A DNA stretch of 64,000 nucleotides from Candidatus Parcubacteria bacterium (GTDB lineage Bacteria; Patescibacteriota; Minisyncoccia; Phycocordibacterales; CAIJYI01). Of the stretch, positions 1-8,961 are shown one piece after another (the stretch's first letter is position 1; each line of letters opens with the position of its first letter). Below the pieces are notes generated by a model, which saw only the letters and a list, made by a program, of their open reading frames with translations, searched no databases and was not told the origin of the DNA. Made by a program: the position numbers and the translations under genes. Where the stretch lies: NCBI GenBank assembly GCA_026395595.1, contig JAPLYL010000005.1:76853-140852 (forward strand), written 5' to 3'.

Positions 1-337
1 AGTTGATTTGATTTATAGAAATTTCAATATCGTCGGGTAATCCGCGAGAAAGGAAAGCTTGGATCCAGCCGACGATGTTAAGAATGACCTGCGCAAAGAA
101 CCATAAGCCCAAAGCATAAAATACGGGAACAAGAGAACCGGAAGGGCCGACTTTTGCCGCCACATTCAACGCGTCAAAAAACCGACCGGAAAGATACGGC
201 GTAAAAGCGCTGGCGGCTGCCGAAAGAGTACCTATCCCGATGAGAAGGTAAATTGTTTTGCGGTGGGGAAAAGCCAATCGCCACACCGCTTTCATTCCGT
301 TTTTTATTTTATAGTCCGATTTTGTTGTTTCAGCCAT
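1..337 (-). CDS. ABC transporter permease/ATP-binding protein, N-terminal part (runs off window start)
   Basis: Hand translation from ATG at 337 (MAETTKSDYK...TPYLSGRFFDAL...WFFAQVILNIVGWIQ) stays open to the window edge; the hydrophobic helix pattern resembles an ABC exporter transmembrane domain. Confidence 0.6.
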   Translation of the reverse strand, partial: MAETTKSDYKIKNGMKAVWRLAFPHRKTIYLLIGIGTLSAAASAFTPYLSGRFFDALNVAAKVGPSGSLVPVFYALGLWFFAQVILNIVGWIQAFLSRGLPDDIEISINQIN

Positions 338-422
338 AAAAATCGTTATTAGTCTTTAATAATAACACTTTTTCGCGATATAGATACAGCTCAAACCGGA
401 ACTTACTTTTCGTCGTTTTTTG

Positions 423-449
423 GAAATTAGAAATTAGAAATTAGAAATT
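423..449. repeat. Heptamer tandem repeat (GAAATTA) x~4
   Basis: gaaatta-gaaatta-gaaatta-gaaatt directly downstream of the dnaJ stop. Confidence 0.9.
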
Positions 450-456
450 TTTGTTT

Positions 457-1533
457 TTATATCCCCTCTTCTTTTAGGTCTTCAAAAAGCTTGCGGGCTT
501 TTCGGGAGAGTTTTTTGGGAAGTTTGATGTTGAGTTTGATGAGAAAATCGCCTCGGTGAGTTTTATCCATAGGAACTCCTTTTCCGCGAACCCTGAGTAT
601 TTCTCCATGAGCAACGCCTTCGGGAATCTTTACGGAAATTTTGCCGTCCAAAGTTTCTATCGGATATTCTCCGCCCAAGAGCGCATCGGATAATTTAATA
701 TCCAAATTCATCGCAAGATTCATTCCTTCTCTTTTCAAAAAAGCATGAGGCAAGCAATGAATCTTCGCGTACAAATCTCCCGCGATTCCGCCCGGAGCCG
801 CTTCTCCTTTTCCGGACATTCTGATGACTTCACCGTTGGAAATTCCCGCGGGAATGGAAATGCGCATTTCTTCCTGACCGCGAAGCGCTCCCGCCCCATG
901 GCATTTGCCGCATTTTTCAGAAGGCACTTCGCCTTTGCCGATGCAAGTAGAACATTCGCGAACCGTGCTGATGTTGCCGAATATGGTTCTCTTTGCTTCA
1001 TGAACTTTTCCTTGTCCGTTGCAGGTCTCGCACTTCTTCATTTTTGTTCCAGGTTTCCCTCCCGTGCCATGACATTCAGAACAGACCAGCGTTTTTGAAA
1101 TAAGGACTTTTCGCTCCGTACCAAAAACGGATTCCGCGAAGGGGATCTCAAGGTCAATGGAAATGTCTCTTCCTCTCTTTATTTGCCCGCGTCCGCCGTT
1201 TCCGAAGAAGTCGCCGAAAATATCACCGAGGTCAAACTCCATGCCTTCGGTTCCGTTAAATCCTTGAAACCCGGAGAAGTCAAAACCGCCGAAGCCATTC
1301 GCCTGCGGGCCGGCGTTTCCGCCAGGAAAAGCCGAGCCGTAGGTGTCGTAGGAAGCGCGTTTGCTGTCGTCGGAAAGTATCTGATAGGCCTCATTTATCT
1401 CTTTGAATTTAGCCTCATTTCCGCCCTGTTTATCGGGGTGGTACTGGTGCGCGAGCTTGCGGAACGCCTTTTTGATGTCGTCTTTGGTTGCGTCCTTGTT
1501 GATGCCCAATATCTTGTAGTAGTCGTTTGCCAT
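457..1533 (-). CDS. dnaJ: Molecular chaperone DnaJ
   Basis: J-domain with HPD, G/F-rich region, four CxxCxGxG zinc-finger repeats, C-terminal domain. Confidence 0.97.
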   Translation of the reverse strand: MANDYYKILGINKDATKDDIKKAFRKLAHQYHPDKQGGNEAKFKEINEAYQILSDDSKRASYDTYGSAFPGGNAGPQANGFGGFDFSGFQGFNGTEGMEFDLGDIFGDFFGNGGRGQIKRGRDISIDLEIPFAESVFGTERKVLISKTLVCSECHGTGGKPGTKMKKCETCNGQGKVHEAKRTIFGNISTVRECSTCIGKGEVPSEKCGKCHGAGALRGQEEMRISIPAGISNGEVIRMSGKGEAAPGGIAGDLYAKIHCLPHAFLKREGMNLAMNLDIKLSDALLGGEYPIETLDGKISVKIPEGVAHGEILRVRGKGVPMDKTHRGDFLIKLNIKLPKKLSRKARKLFEDLKEEGI

Positions 1534-1659
1534 ATGCGTTAAAAAATTAAGGTAGTCGCATCATACCACAGAACGCCTTTTCAGACAATTTGACAAAAAT
1601 GGAGTAACTATATACTCTTAAAGAGGGTTTATGCTCAACTTTTTCTAAAGGAGGAACTC

Positions 1660-1791
1660 ATGGGCATGAGAAAAGAAGACAAAAAAATTGTTTGGATGGT
1701 CATCGTCGGCGTACTCGTAACGCCATTCGCTATTTATATTCTTCCGCATTTGGAAGCATTCGTTGAATCACTGCTTGCTTTGATTCACTAA
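1660..1791 (+). CDS. Small single-TM membrane protein (43 aa), absent from the ORF track
   Basis: SD AAGGAGGA upstream of ATG 1660; MGMRKEDKKIVWMVIVGVLVTPFAIYILPHLEAFVESLLALIH; TTGACA at 1590 and a terminator just downstream. Confidence 0.65.
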   Translation: MGMRKEDKKIVWMVIVGVLVTPFAIYILPHLEAFVESLLALIH

Positions 1792-1799
1792 AAGAAAGA

Positions 1800-1830
1800 A
1801 CGCCCCGGTTTATCGCCGGGGCGTATTTTT
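1800..1830 (+). terminator. Intrinsic terminator
   Basis: acgccccgg/ccggggcgt stem followed by a T tract. Confidence 0.8.
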
Positions 1831-1918
1831 ATCGCAATTGACTTTTTTTGCTTTCCGTATAAAAATAGGTGAAGGCTCGAACGATTTTAAAAATAAACAC
1901 TTTTGCAAAGGAGAAAAC

Positions 1919-2527
1919 ATGATGTTCAATAAAGACTTTGATTTTAACGAGAACAAAGAAGTTCAGTCCATAAAAAAGACGATTGCTTTTCTGGAAGACA
2001 AACTTTCCGAAGAGATGGCGAAACGCCGAGCAAAACTGCATTTCGGCATAGAACACGGGAAAATTGTTTTTGAGCAAGAAATTCTGCGAAGACATCGTGA
2101 ACTTAAAGTCAGTTTGTGGAAATACATCACCAGAGCAAATCCGCTGGTAATTTTATCTTCCATAATAACTTATCCGATGATTATTCCGATTGTGATTTTG
2201 GATATTACCGTGACAATATACCAGCATATTTGTTTCCGTATTTACGGAATTCCTTTGGTAAAACACCATGATTATATGGTCTTTGAAAGGACGCATCTCG
2301 CCTACCTCAACCTCGTTCAAAAACTCAACTGCGCCTACTGTTCTTACGGAAACGGCGTCATTGCTTATGCCCGCGAGATATTTGCTCGCACGGAACAATA
2401 CTGGTGTCCGATTAAACACGCCAAAAGAACCATTCTCGGCAACCATGAACGATACGAAGATTTTGCTGAGTTCGGAGATGTTGACGCCTTTATGGAAAGA
2501 TACAAAAAAGGCAAAGTAAAAGAATAA
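1919..2527 (+). CDS. Conserved hypothetical membrane protein with a CxxC motif and YWCPIKH
   Basis: SD AAGGAG before ATG 1919; one hydrophobic segment; LNCAYCSYGNG...TEQYWCPIKH motifs. Confidence 0.8.
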   Translation: MMFNKDFDFNENKEVQSIKKTIAFLEDKLSEEMAKRRAKLHFGIEHGKIVFEQEILRRHRELKVSLWKYITRANPLVILSSIITYPMIIPIVILDITVTIYQHICFRIYGIPLVKHHDYMVFERTHLAYLNLVQKLNCAYCSYGNGVIAYAREIFARTEQYWCPIKHAKRTILGNHERYEDFAEFGDVDAFMERYKKGKVKE

Positions 2528-2635
2528 AAAACAAAGAAGAGAGAAGCTCGCAATAGAAAATATCGCAGGCTTTTTTGTTTTGGAAAAACAGGATATACTG
2601 AAAGAAAGTTTTACTCGTTAATCATTTGAAATTTT

Positions 2636-3031
2636 ATGAAAGGATATGTCATTAATTTAGAAAAAGATACGCTGGAGAACGAAGATTTCCGCCGAGTATT
2701 ATATACGGCAAAAAATTGCCAGCTCGTACTTATGAGTTTAAAGCCTAGAGAAGAAATCGGTATGGAAGCGCACGAACTTGACCAATTTCTTCGCTTTGAA
2801 AAAGGCAACGGAAAAGCAATACTGGACGGTGTAGAACACGAAGTCTCTGACGGTTTTGCGGTAGTCGTTCCAGCAGGAACCAATCACAATATCATCAACA
2901 CTTCGGAAACGGAGATATTAAAACTCTATACGGTTTATGCTCCGCCCGAACATAAAGACGGAGTGGTTCGTCACACAAAAGAAGAAGCCGAAGCGAATGA
3001 AGAACATTTTGACGGGATAACCACGGAATAG
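2636..3031 (+). CDS. Cupin domain protein
   Basis: Cupin motifs E-x-H...DQ...E and VPAG-x-x-HN, LYTVYAPPEH. Confidence 0.9.
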   Translation: MKGYVINLEKDTLENEDFRRVLYTAKNCQLVLMSLKPREEIGMEAHELDQFLRFEKGNGKAILDGVEHEVSDGFAVVVPAGTNHNIINTSETEILKLYTVYAPPEHKDGVVRHTKEEAEANEEHFDGITTE

Positions 3032-3042
3032 TCCTATCGTAA

Positions 3043-3070
3043 AAAATGCTCCGATTACTCGGAGCATTTT
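3043..3070. terminator. Bidirectional terminator
   Basis: aaaatgctccga/tcggagcatttt between convergent genes. Confidence 0.8.
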
Positions 3071-3080
3071 GCGATATTTT

Positions 3081-3332
3081 TCAATCGCCGCTGAATACGG
3101 GTTTTCTGATAGTGTCTACCTTGTCGCAACCGCCGCAGGGCCTTACGACAGAAAACCATACGATGTCGCCTTCTTTAATGTTTTCTTCGCCGGTAGCAAA
3201 AACAACATGGTCAGGGTCAAAAACATATTCAAGATGATCTTCTTTAATCATTTTGTTTTCTTCAGTTCGTTCTTCGCTAAGGATCCATAATCCTTCGCTG
3301 ATAAACGTAATTTTTCCCAATCTAAAGTGCAT
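3081..3332 (-). CDS. Small hypothetical protein (83 aa), possibly cold-shock/OB-fold-like, with CxxC
   Basis: SD GAGGAG before ATG 3332; GKITFI...YVFDPDHV...IKEGDIVWFSV loosely parallels a cold-shock domain. Confidence 0.6.
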   Translation of the reverse strand: MHFRLGKITFISEGLWILSEERTEENKMIKEDHLEYVFDPDHVVFATGEENIKEGDIVWFSVVRPCGGCDKVDTIRKPVFSGD

Positions 3333-3474
3333 GCGCTTCTCCTCTGATTCTTCAGTGAATACCAATTGAATAATACTCTTACATTTCAGTTTTGTCAAAC
3401 AGGAGAACTTGACCATATCGTATAAATATGATATTTTATGTGTTGATACTTTAATACAAACCAAGGAGTTTTTA

Positions 3475-4023
3475 GTGAATACTCTATCAGGCGTATTGTT
3501 CTTTATTGCTTTCATTCCTTATGTCTGGGCCATAGTGCACGGACAAACTGTTCCTTCGCCGGTAACGTGGGCCATCTGGGCGAGCGTTGACACCCTCACA
3601 CTCTTCGCGATGATAAAAGAAAAAGCGATGGTCGGACAGATTACCGGTGCGGTTATCGGAGCCTGGGTCGTCACGATATTGGCAATCTTCTATGGCAATC
3701 CGACAATGGGTTCCATTGAGTGGGTAAGTATTATCGGGGCCCTCGCGGGAGTAGTACTTTGGAAAACAACCGGCAATGCCCTTCTTGCCGTCATTTGCGC
3801 TCAAGTTGCCGTACTTATCGGTGCGGTTCCGACCATAGTCGGCATCTGTAATGGCGTATTGGTAGAAGACCCGATTGCGTGGTCTCTCTGGTCCATCTCA
3901 TGCATTCCCGCATTTCTGGCGATAAAAAAATGGGATATGGCAAACGTGCTTCAACCCCTCTCTTTCGCCATAGTTGATGTGACCATATTCGTCCTTGTTA
4001 TGATTCGCCTCTTTTGGCTTTAA
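3475..4023 (+). CDS. Multi-pass membrane protein (PQ-loop-like hypothetical)
   Basis: SD AAGGAG before GTG 3475; about 7 hydrophobic segments; IPY...P...TW-x-IW pattern repeated in the second half. Confidence 0.75.
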   Translation: MNTLSGVLFFIAFIPYVWAIVHGQTVPSPVTWAIWASVDTLTLFAMIKEKAMVGQITGAVIGAWVVTILAIFYGNPTMGSIEWVSIIGALAGVVLWKTTGNALLAVICAQVAVLIGAVPTIVGICNGVLVEDPIAWSLWSISCIPAFLAIKKWDMANVLQPLSFAIVDVTIFVLVMIRLFWL

Positions 4024-4028
4024 GCCGT

Positions 4029-4068
4029 AACCCCCATGAGTATAATACACTCATGGGGGTTTCTTTTT
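4029..4068 (+). terminator. Intrinsic terminator
   Basis: aacccccatgagt/actcatgggggtt stem plus T tract. Confidence 0.8.
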
Positions 4069-4085
4069 GACACCACGGAAAATCG

Positions 4086-4114
4086 TTGACGAACTCGTTG
4101 AAATGATGTAGTTT
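4086..4114 (+). promoter_or_regulatory. Sigma70-type promoter of the PhoH gene
   Basis: TTGACG-17 bp-TAGTTT. Confidence 0.55.
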
Positions 4115-4200
4115 AAGGGCAGGTGAAAGCACCTTGGTACTTTGAAATCATTCCACAAAACACTTTTCGCACCACCAATCAAACAAGGAGAGGTTGCACA

Positions 4201-5616
4201 ATGAAACGGCAAAAACCAAAAGTATTCGTCCTGGATACATGCGTATATGGTCACGACCCGAACGCGATTTTCAGCTTTGAAGAACACGACCTGCATGTCC
4301 CCATCGTCGTAATGAGAGAACTGGACGGCCACAAAAGCAACTACAAAAAACCGGAACTTGCCAGAAATGCGCGGCAAATATCTCGTTATTTTTTAGAATT
4401 ACTCCGTGGAGCAAACCCAAAAGATATGGAAAAAGGATTTCCTATATCACTGATAAAATCCCATTATGGGAAAAACGGCCCAGACAAAAAGACAGGGAGG
4501 GTTTTCTTTGAAACCACTACCCCCGATCAACTGATATCATCTGTTTATCCTGATGGAGCCATAATCAACTATACAAAAAAACTTCAAGAAAAACTTGGAG
4601 AAAAGGTTGAAGTGATTTTTGTTACTCAAGACATAAACGCGTTCAGCACATCACTCATCTGCGGAGTTCAAACCGAAGAATACGAGAGTGGCAAGGCTCT
4701 GGACGATATTGACCTTCTTTATAACGGAATGTATCAATTACCGTCCGGCTTTTGGGAAATGATAGAAATTGAAATGACTGCAAAATCTGAAGGAATTTCT
4801 TATTGGAATATCAAGACCCCGCTCGCGAGAAACTGGTATCCGAATCAATTTCTGTATCTGACAAAAGAAGACTCAACGGAAGAATATATCGTTGATAAAG
4901 TTGACGGGGAAACCGCTTCCATTCGCACGATTATTGATTACCGAAAACTCGAAAACGGCGTCTGGGGTTTACATCCGCTCAACAAAGAACAAAACTTTGC
5001 ATTGAACGCCCTGATGAATCCCGAGATTGATTTTGTTTCTCTTGCAGGAAAAGCCGGTTCGGGAAAAACACTTCTCGCTCTTGCTGCGGCATTGGAACAA
5101 GTGATGGCGGTGCCGAAAATTTATTCCAAAATTCTCATCACCAAAGAAGCCATGCCAATTGGAGAAGACCTCGGTTTTTTCCCAGGAACGGAAGAACAAA
5201 AAATGGCGCCATGGATGATGGCTTTTACCGATAACCTGGATTTTTTATGCAGCGGTATGAATGAAGGCGTTATGAAGCAATCAGCCAAAGATCTTATGAA
5301 GAATTATATTGAAATGCGAGCCATTGGCCCGATGCAAGGAAGAACGTTCCATAAGAAATTCGTTATTTTAGACGAAGCGCAAAATCTGGCTCCAAAACAA
5401 ATGCTGGACTTGATCACCCGCGCCGGTCCGGGCACAAAATTCGTTTGTCTGGGCAACATCAAACAGATTGCGACCCCATATCTTACGGGAGAAGCGTCAG
5501 GTTTGACCAGTGTGGTGGAGGCATTCAAAACATGGGAAAGAAGCGCTCATGTAACGCTTGTTGCAGGGGAAAGAAGTCCGCTCGCGGAATTCGCCTCCAA
5601 TAATCTCTGTCAGTAG
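4201..5616 (+). CDS. PIN-PhoH (PhoH2/YlaK-like) RNase-ATPase
   Basis: N-terminal PIN domain (VLDT, ELD), Walker A GKAGSGKT, QGRT, ILDEAQN; SD AAGGAG before ATG 4201. Confidence 0.92.
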   Translation: MKRQKPKVFVLDTCVYGHDPNAIFSFEEHDLHVPIVVMRELDGHKSNYKKPELARNARQISRYFLELLRGANPKDMEKGFPISLIKSHYGKNGPDKKTGRVFFETTTPDQLISSVYPDGAIINYTKKLQEKLGEKVEVIFVTQDINAFSTSLICGVQTEEYESGKALDDIDLLYNGMYQLPSGFWEMIEIEMTAKSEGISYWNIKTPLARNWYPNQFLYLTKEDSTEEYIVDKVDGETASIRTIIDYRKLENGVWGLHPLNKEQNFALNALMNPEIDFVSLAGKAGSGKTLLALAAALEQVMAVPKIYSKILITKEAMPIGEDLGFFPGTEEQKMAPWMMAFTDNLDFLCSGMNEGVMKQSAKDLMKNYIEMRAIGPMQGRTFHKKFVILDEAQNLAPKQMLDLITRAGPGTKFVCLGNIKQIATPYLTGEASGLTSVVEAFKTWERSAHVTLVAGERSPLAEFASNNLCQ

Positions 5617-5627
5617 TTTTTAAGTCC

Positions 5628-5657
5628 ATCGCCCCGATCAATGTCGGGGCGATTTTT
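5628..5657 (+). terminator. Intrinsic terminator
   Basis: atcgccccga/tcggggcgat plus T tract. Confidence 0.8.
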
Positions 5658-5660
5658 ATG

Positions 5661-5689
5661 TTGACAAAGTTCATGTAATGTACTACATT
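5661..5689 (+). promoter_or_regulatory. Sigma70-type promoter
   Basis: TTGACA-17 bp-TACATT. Confidence 0.65.
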
Positions 5690-5725
5690 TACCGCAGATA
5701 GACCTTAGATAAAAGGAGAAGAAAG

Positions 5726-5980
5726 ATGAATAAAAGAATAACGAATGTTTTAGATGCCCATGGAGCGCTTCTTGTTCCGGAGAAAGAATACCTCCATCAA
5801 GGAAGAATACTGCGAGTTCTTGATGAATCATACGGTCCCGGGAATCCCAGGCTTCCCTATTATCGCGTGATATGCGAAGACAAATACGGCAAAGAAAAAA
5901 TCATCATCGTTGACGCCCAATATCCGGGCGGAGTTTATGGGGGCATCGTCTTCCAATCAAGGCTTGTTCCGATAGAATAA
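5726..5980 (+). CDS. Hypothetical protein (84 aa)
   Basis: Has its own promoter, SD AAGGAG and terminator. Confidence 0.75.
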   Translation: MNKRITNVLDAHGALLVPEKEYLHQGRILRVLDESYGPGNPRLPYYRVICEDKYGKEKIIIVDAQYPGGVYGGIVFQSRLVPIE

Positions 5981-5987
5981 TCAAAAC

Positions 5988-6018
5988 AAAATCCCCCGAC
6001 TTGAATCGGGGGATTTTT
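5988..6018. terminator. Bidirectional terminator
   Basis: aaaatcccccga/tcgggggatttt. Confidence 0.8.
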
Positions 6019-6029
6019 ATTTTTTCTTT

Positions 6030-6404
6030 TTATTCAACCGTTATGGTTCCTTTCATGCTCGGATGAATGGAACAAATATAATCAAAACTCCCCTCCTGGT
6101 TAAAAGTTGAGCTGTACGTAAATCCTGTTTTAATAACATCGCTTTTAAAGTCTGTTCCGGAAATCTGATGAGGAGCGGAGTCTTCGTTTGTCCAAATTAT
6201 AATGTCGCCTTTTTTCACTTTCATATCAGAGGGAACAAAAGCAAAATTCTTAATGGAGATTTGGCGAATCTGCGCCGTAATGACCGGCTTTTCGTATTTT
6301 ACGGGAGGAAGATTTTGTTCTGTCTTCTTTTGCTGGGTCAACGCAAAGATGGCCAATATGGCAACGACGACAACAATAACGACGAGAACGTATTTTATTT
6401 TCAT
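6030..6404 (-). CDS. Membrane-anchored cupredoxin (plastocyanin/amicyanin-like)
   Basis: N-terminal TM segment; type-1 copper ligands H (WTNEDSAPH) and C-x-x-H-x-x-M (YICSIHPSMKG). Confidence 0.9.
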   Translation of the reverse strand: MKIKYVLVVIVVVVAILAIFALTQQKKTEQNLPPVKYEKPVITAQIRQISIKNFAFVPSDMKVKKGDIIIWTNEDSAPHQISGTDFKSDVIKTGFTYSSTFNQEGSFDYICSIHPSMKGTITVE

Positions 6405-6413
6405 ACGATTATA

Positions 6414-6614
6414 TTAAAAATAGAGTAATAAACCTAAAATTAAATGAACAAAAATAATGCCGGTTAAAATCATGGCGTTCGTTTTATGCGCGCTGAAATA
6501 ATCCGGGTGTCCATGAACCAGTTTGTATCCCAGATAGAGCTGTAAAGAAAAGTCTATCAAAGCAATCAGCCCCAACCAAAACACCAGGGGTTTTCCCAAA
6601 ATAATAAAAAACAT
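6414..6614 (-). CDS. Small two-helix membrane protein with two His residues 14 apart
   Basis: 66 aa, 2 TM helices, H43 and H57; 9 bp upstream of the cupredoxin gene. Confidence 0.75.
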   Translation of the reverse strand: MFFIILGKPLVFWLGLIALIDFSLQLYLGYKLVHGHPDYFSAHKTNAMILTGIIFVHLILGLLLYF

Positions 6615-6673
6615 AGTGCTTCTATTTTAACACTTTTTTATTTTTCAGGTAAGGGAAAACTCATCATAAGTCC

Positions 6674-6701
6674 TTGACTTTATATTGTTTTGATGTATAA
6701 T
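6674..6701 (+). promoter_or_regulatory. Sigma70-type promoter
   Basis: TTGACT-16 bp-TATAAT. Confidence 0.65.
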
Positions 6702-6747
6702 AAGCTTTGAATAATCAGTACTTTTTATACACAACAAGGATTTAACA

Positions 6748-7017
6748 ATGAAAGTGATAAAAGATAAAAAAGATGCTCTTGATGAACTTCTGGAGATGTC
6801 AAAAAGGTTTCGCGGATGCAACGACCCGCAAGTAATTTTTGCTTCGGCAGTGCTTTATACGCTCGCCGGAGCGCTTCAAAAAGGGACAACGGATGAATTG
6901 GCAAAAGTTCTTCTTGAGCACGTAACGCGTGACGGAGAAGTGCTTCGCAAAGCGACGTCCCTTGCCGGGAACATCCAGCTGGCCCCGGAAAGTAACGGAA
7001 GCAAACGACTAAATTAA
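6748..7017 (+). CDS. Hypothetical protein (89 aa)
   Basis: Promoter, SD AAGGA and terminator bracket the ORF. Confidence 0.7.
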   Translation: MKVIKDKKDALDELLEMSKRFRGCNDPQVIFASAVLYTLAGALQKGTTDELAKVLLEHVTRDGEVLRKATSLAGNIQLAPESNGSKRLN

Positions 7018-7026
7018 AAAACCGCC

Positions 7027-7057
7027 ATCGCTCCGAGCTGTCTCGGAGCGATTTTTT
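7027..7057 (+). terminator. Intrinsic terminator
   Basis: atcgctccgag/ctcggagcgat plus T tract. Confidence 0.8.
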
Positions 7058-7135
7058 ATTGATATTTCTCCACAGTTTATTCGTACCATTTAGTGTGATT
7101 GTATTGTATGATTGAAGAAACAATCTCTCTCTTTT

Positions 7136-8503
7136 ATGAAAATACGAACGCAGCTTATCGTTACTTATATCGTTATAGCGCTCCTTCCTGTTCTGCTTGT
7201 ATCATGGACTGCCTACTCTAAAGCACGCAGTGCTCTTGTCAAAGAACAGCAAAATTCTTTGGAATCAACTACCGAACTAAAAATTGATTCCATACAGAGT
7301 TATTTTTCTTTTTTTTCAAAAGAGATAACTATAACAAAAGAACGTTTTACGATACGACAGTACTTTCCTATTCTTGTCGGGTCGGAAAATAAAATAAACA
7401 CCTCGGAACAAAAAAGAGTGGCGGAAGTTATTGATATGGAAGCAAAAAGCATCCTTTCAACCATAAAAGAAATAAAGGATCTATTTTTAATAGATTCAAA
7501 CGGAAAGATTGTCTATTCTTCAAAAAAAGAAACGGAGCAAAAAAATATAAGAGTGGTATTCCCCGTCAGAGGATTAGACGCTTTTCTAAAAGGAAAAGAG
7601 GGGGTTTTTCTCTCAGATATCCTTTATGACAAAAATCTGAACGAACGAAATTTTCTGGAAAGCGCCCCGATATATGACCTTTCCGGAAATTTTGCGGGAG
7701 TGCTCATTTTTCAAATAGATGCAGAATCTCTCTTCTCTGTCGTTCAAGAAACAATCGGCATGGGAAATACGGGAGAAACGCTTATCGCAAGACAAGTTTC
7801 CGAAGATCCGCTTATTCCCAATAACGAAAAAACGTACGACCCGCAAGGAAAAATGATTATGTTTTTGAATCCTTTGCGTTTTGATCAGAACGCTTCTTTT
7901 AACCGATTCATCCGCATCGGAGACAAAACAGGTCTGCCGATACAGAACGCCATTCAAAAAAAAGATGGCGGCGGTATAAACATAGACTACCGTGGAAAAG
8001 AAGTTCTTTCCGTCTGGAAATATCTGCCGGAATACCATTGGAGTCTGGTAACGAAAATAGATATGTCGGAGGTCTTGTCTCCCGTTTATGAATGGCTCAA
8101 AACGGCTGTCATGGTATTCTTTGCCATAATTTTGTTTATTATTCTTTTTTCTATTCTCCTTGCACATATCCTTTTATCCCCCATCAAAGAGATTATGAGT
8201 GTGGTGAAAGAGTTTCGTGAAGGGAACAAAGCCATAAGACTGAGCAGAAAAATAATTTCTTCCAAAAACGAGATTGGAGAATTCGGACGAATTTTGGAAT
8301 CATATGCCGATGAGGTCCTCTGCTCGGAAGAAAACACGAAAAAACAAATAGAAGAAAAAACGCAAAAGCTGGCGAAACAAGAGGAGGAGATGAAAACAAA
8401 ACTTGAAAATGTTGAGCGTGCGAATAAACTCATGGTGGGAAGAGAACTAGAAATGGTAAAATTAAAAAAAGAGATTGCGGAATATAAAAATAGCAAACAA
8501 TAA
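7136..8503 (+). CDS. Receptor-only membrane sensor: TM-dCache-TM-HAMP-coiled coil, no kinase or other output domain
   Basis: Cache motifs (LIDSNGKIVYS, DYRGKEVL...WSLVTKID), HAMP (PIKEI...NEIGEF), ends NKLMVGRELEMVKLKKEI. Confidence 0.85.
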   Translation: MKIRTQLIVTYIVIALLPVLLVSWTAYSKARSALVKEQQNSLESTTELKIDSIQSYFSFFSKEITITKERFTIRQYFPILVGSENKINTSEQKRVAEVIDMEAKSILSTIKEIKDLFLIDSNGKIVYSSKKETEQKNIRVVFPVRGLDAFLKGKEGVFLSDILYDKNLNERNFLESAPIYDLSGNFAGVLIFQIDAESLFSVVQETIGMGNTGETLIARQVSEDPLIPNNEKTYDPQGKMIMFLNPLRFDQNASFNRFIRIGDKTGLPIQNAIQKKDGGGINIDYRGKEVLSVWKYLPEYHWSLVTKIDMSEVLSPVYEWLKTAVMVFFAIILFIILFSILLAHILLSPIKEIMSVVKEFREGNKAIRLSRKIISSKNEIGEFGRILESYADEVLCSEENTKKQIEEKTQKLAKQEEEMKTKLENVERANKLMVGRELEMVKLKKEIAEYKNSKQ

Positions 8504-8504
8504 A

Positions 8505-8942
8505 ATGAATGAACTTGAAAACATCGTACCAAAACTGATAGAACAGCATCGTCTTTTGCAAAAAGACCTTGGAATGGCCGCGGCAATGACAGAAATGGAA
8601 AAGCCTTCTTCTCAAGAAATAGAAAAATGGCTTCAGCAATTTACCGCTGACCTTACCGAGCACCTGCACTTGGAGAACGCTGTTTTTTATGTTGAACTCC
8701 TCAAAAAAATGAAAGAAGCGGGCGTTGATACGACAAACACGGGGATATTCATCGCCGATATGAAAAATATTGGGAACAAAGTGGAAACTTTTATGAAAAA
8801 ATACAAAAAAGCGGATACTATTGATGCTTCTCTGGCAGAATTTAAATCTGAATTCTTTCCTATTATAAACGCGCTGAACATCCGCATTGAGTCGGAAGAG
8901 TCAGGCGTGTATCTCTATTGGGATTTATATAATAAAGAATAA
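8505..8942 (+). CDS. Hemerythrin-like (HHE) domain protein
   Basis: LIEQH...EHLHLEN-x-x-FY...RIESEES four-helix metal-binding pattern. Confidence 0.75.
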   Translation: MNELENIVPKLIEQHRLLQKDLGMAAAMTEMEKPSSQEIEKWLQQFTADLTEHLHLENAVFYVELLKKMKEAGVDTTNTGIFIADMKNIGNKVETFMKKYKKADTIDASLAEFKSEFFPIINALNIRIESEESGVYLYWDLYNKE

Positions 8943-8961
8943 ATAAAAAAACATTTATCGT

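Noticed and set aside
4111-4200. Riboswitch or boxA-like element in the PhoH leader (aggtg/cacct hairpin, CTTTGAAA); similar TTTGAAA at ~2625 and ~60986
   Set aside because: The motifs are too short and AT-rich to tell from chance without an alignment.
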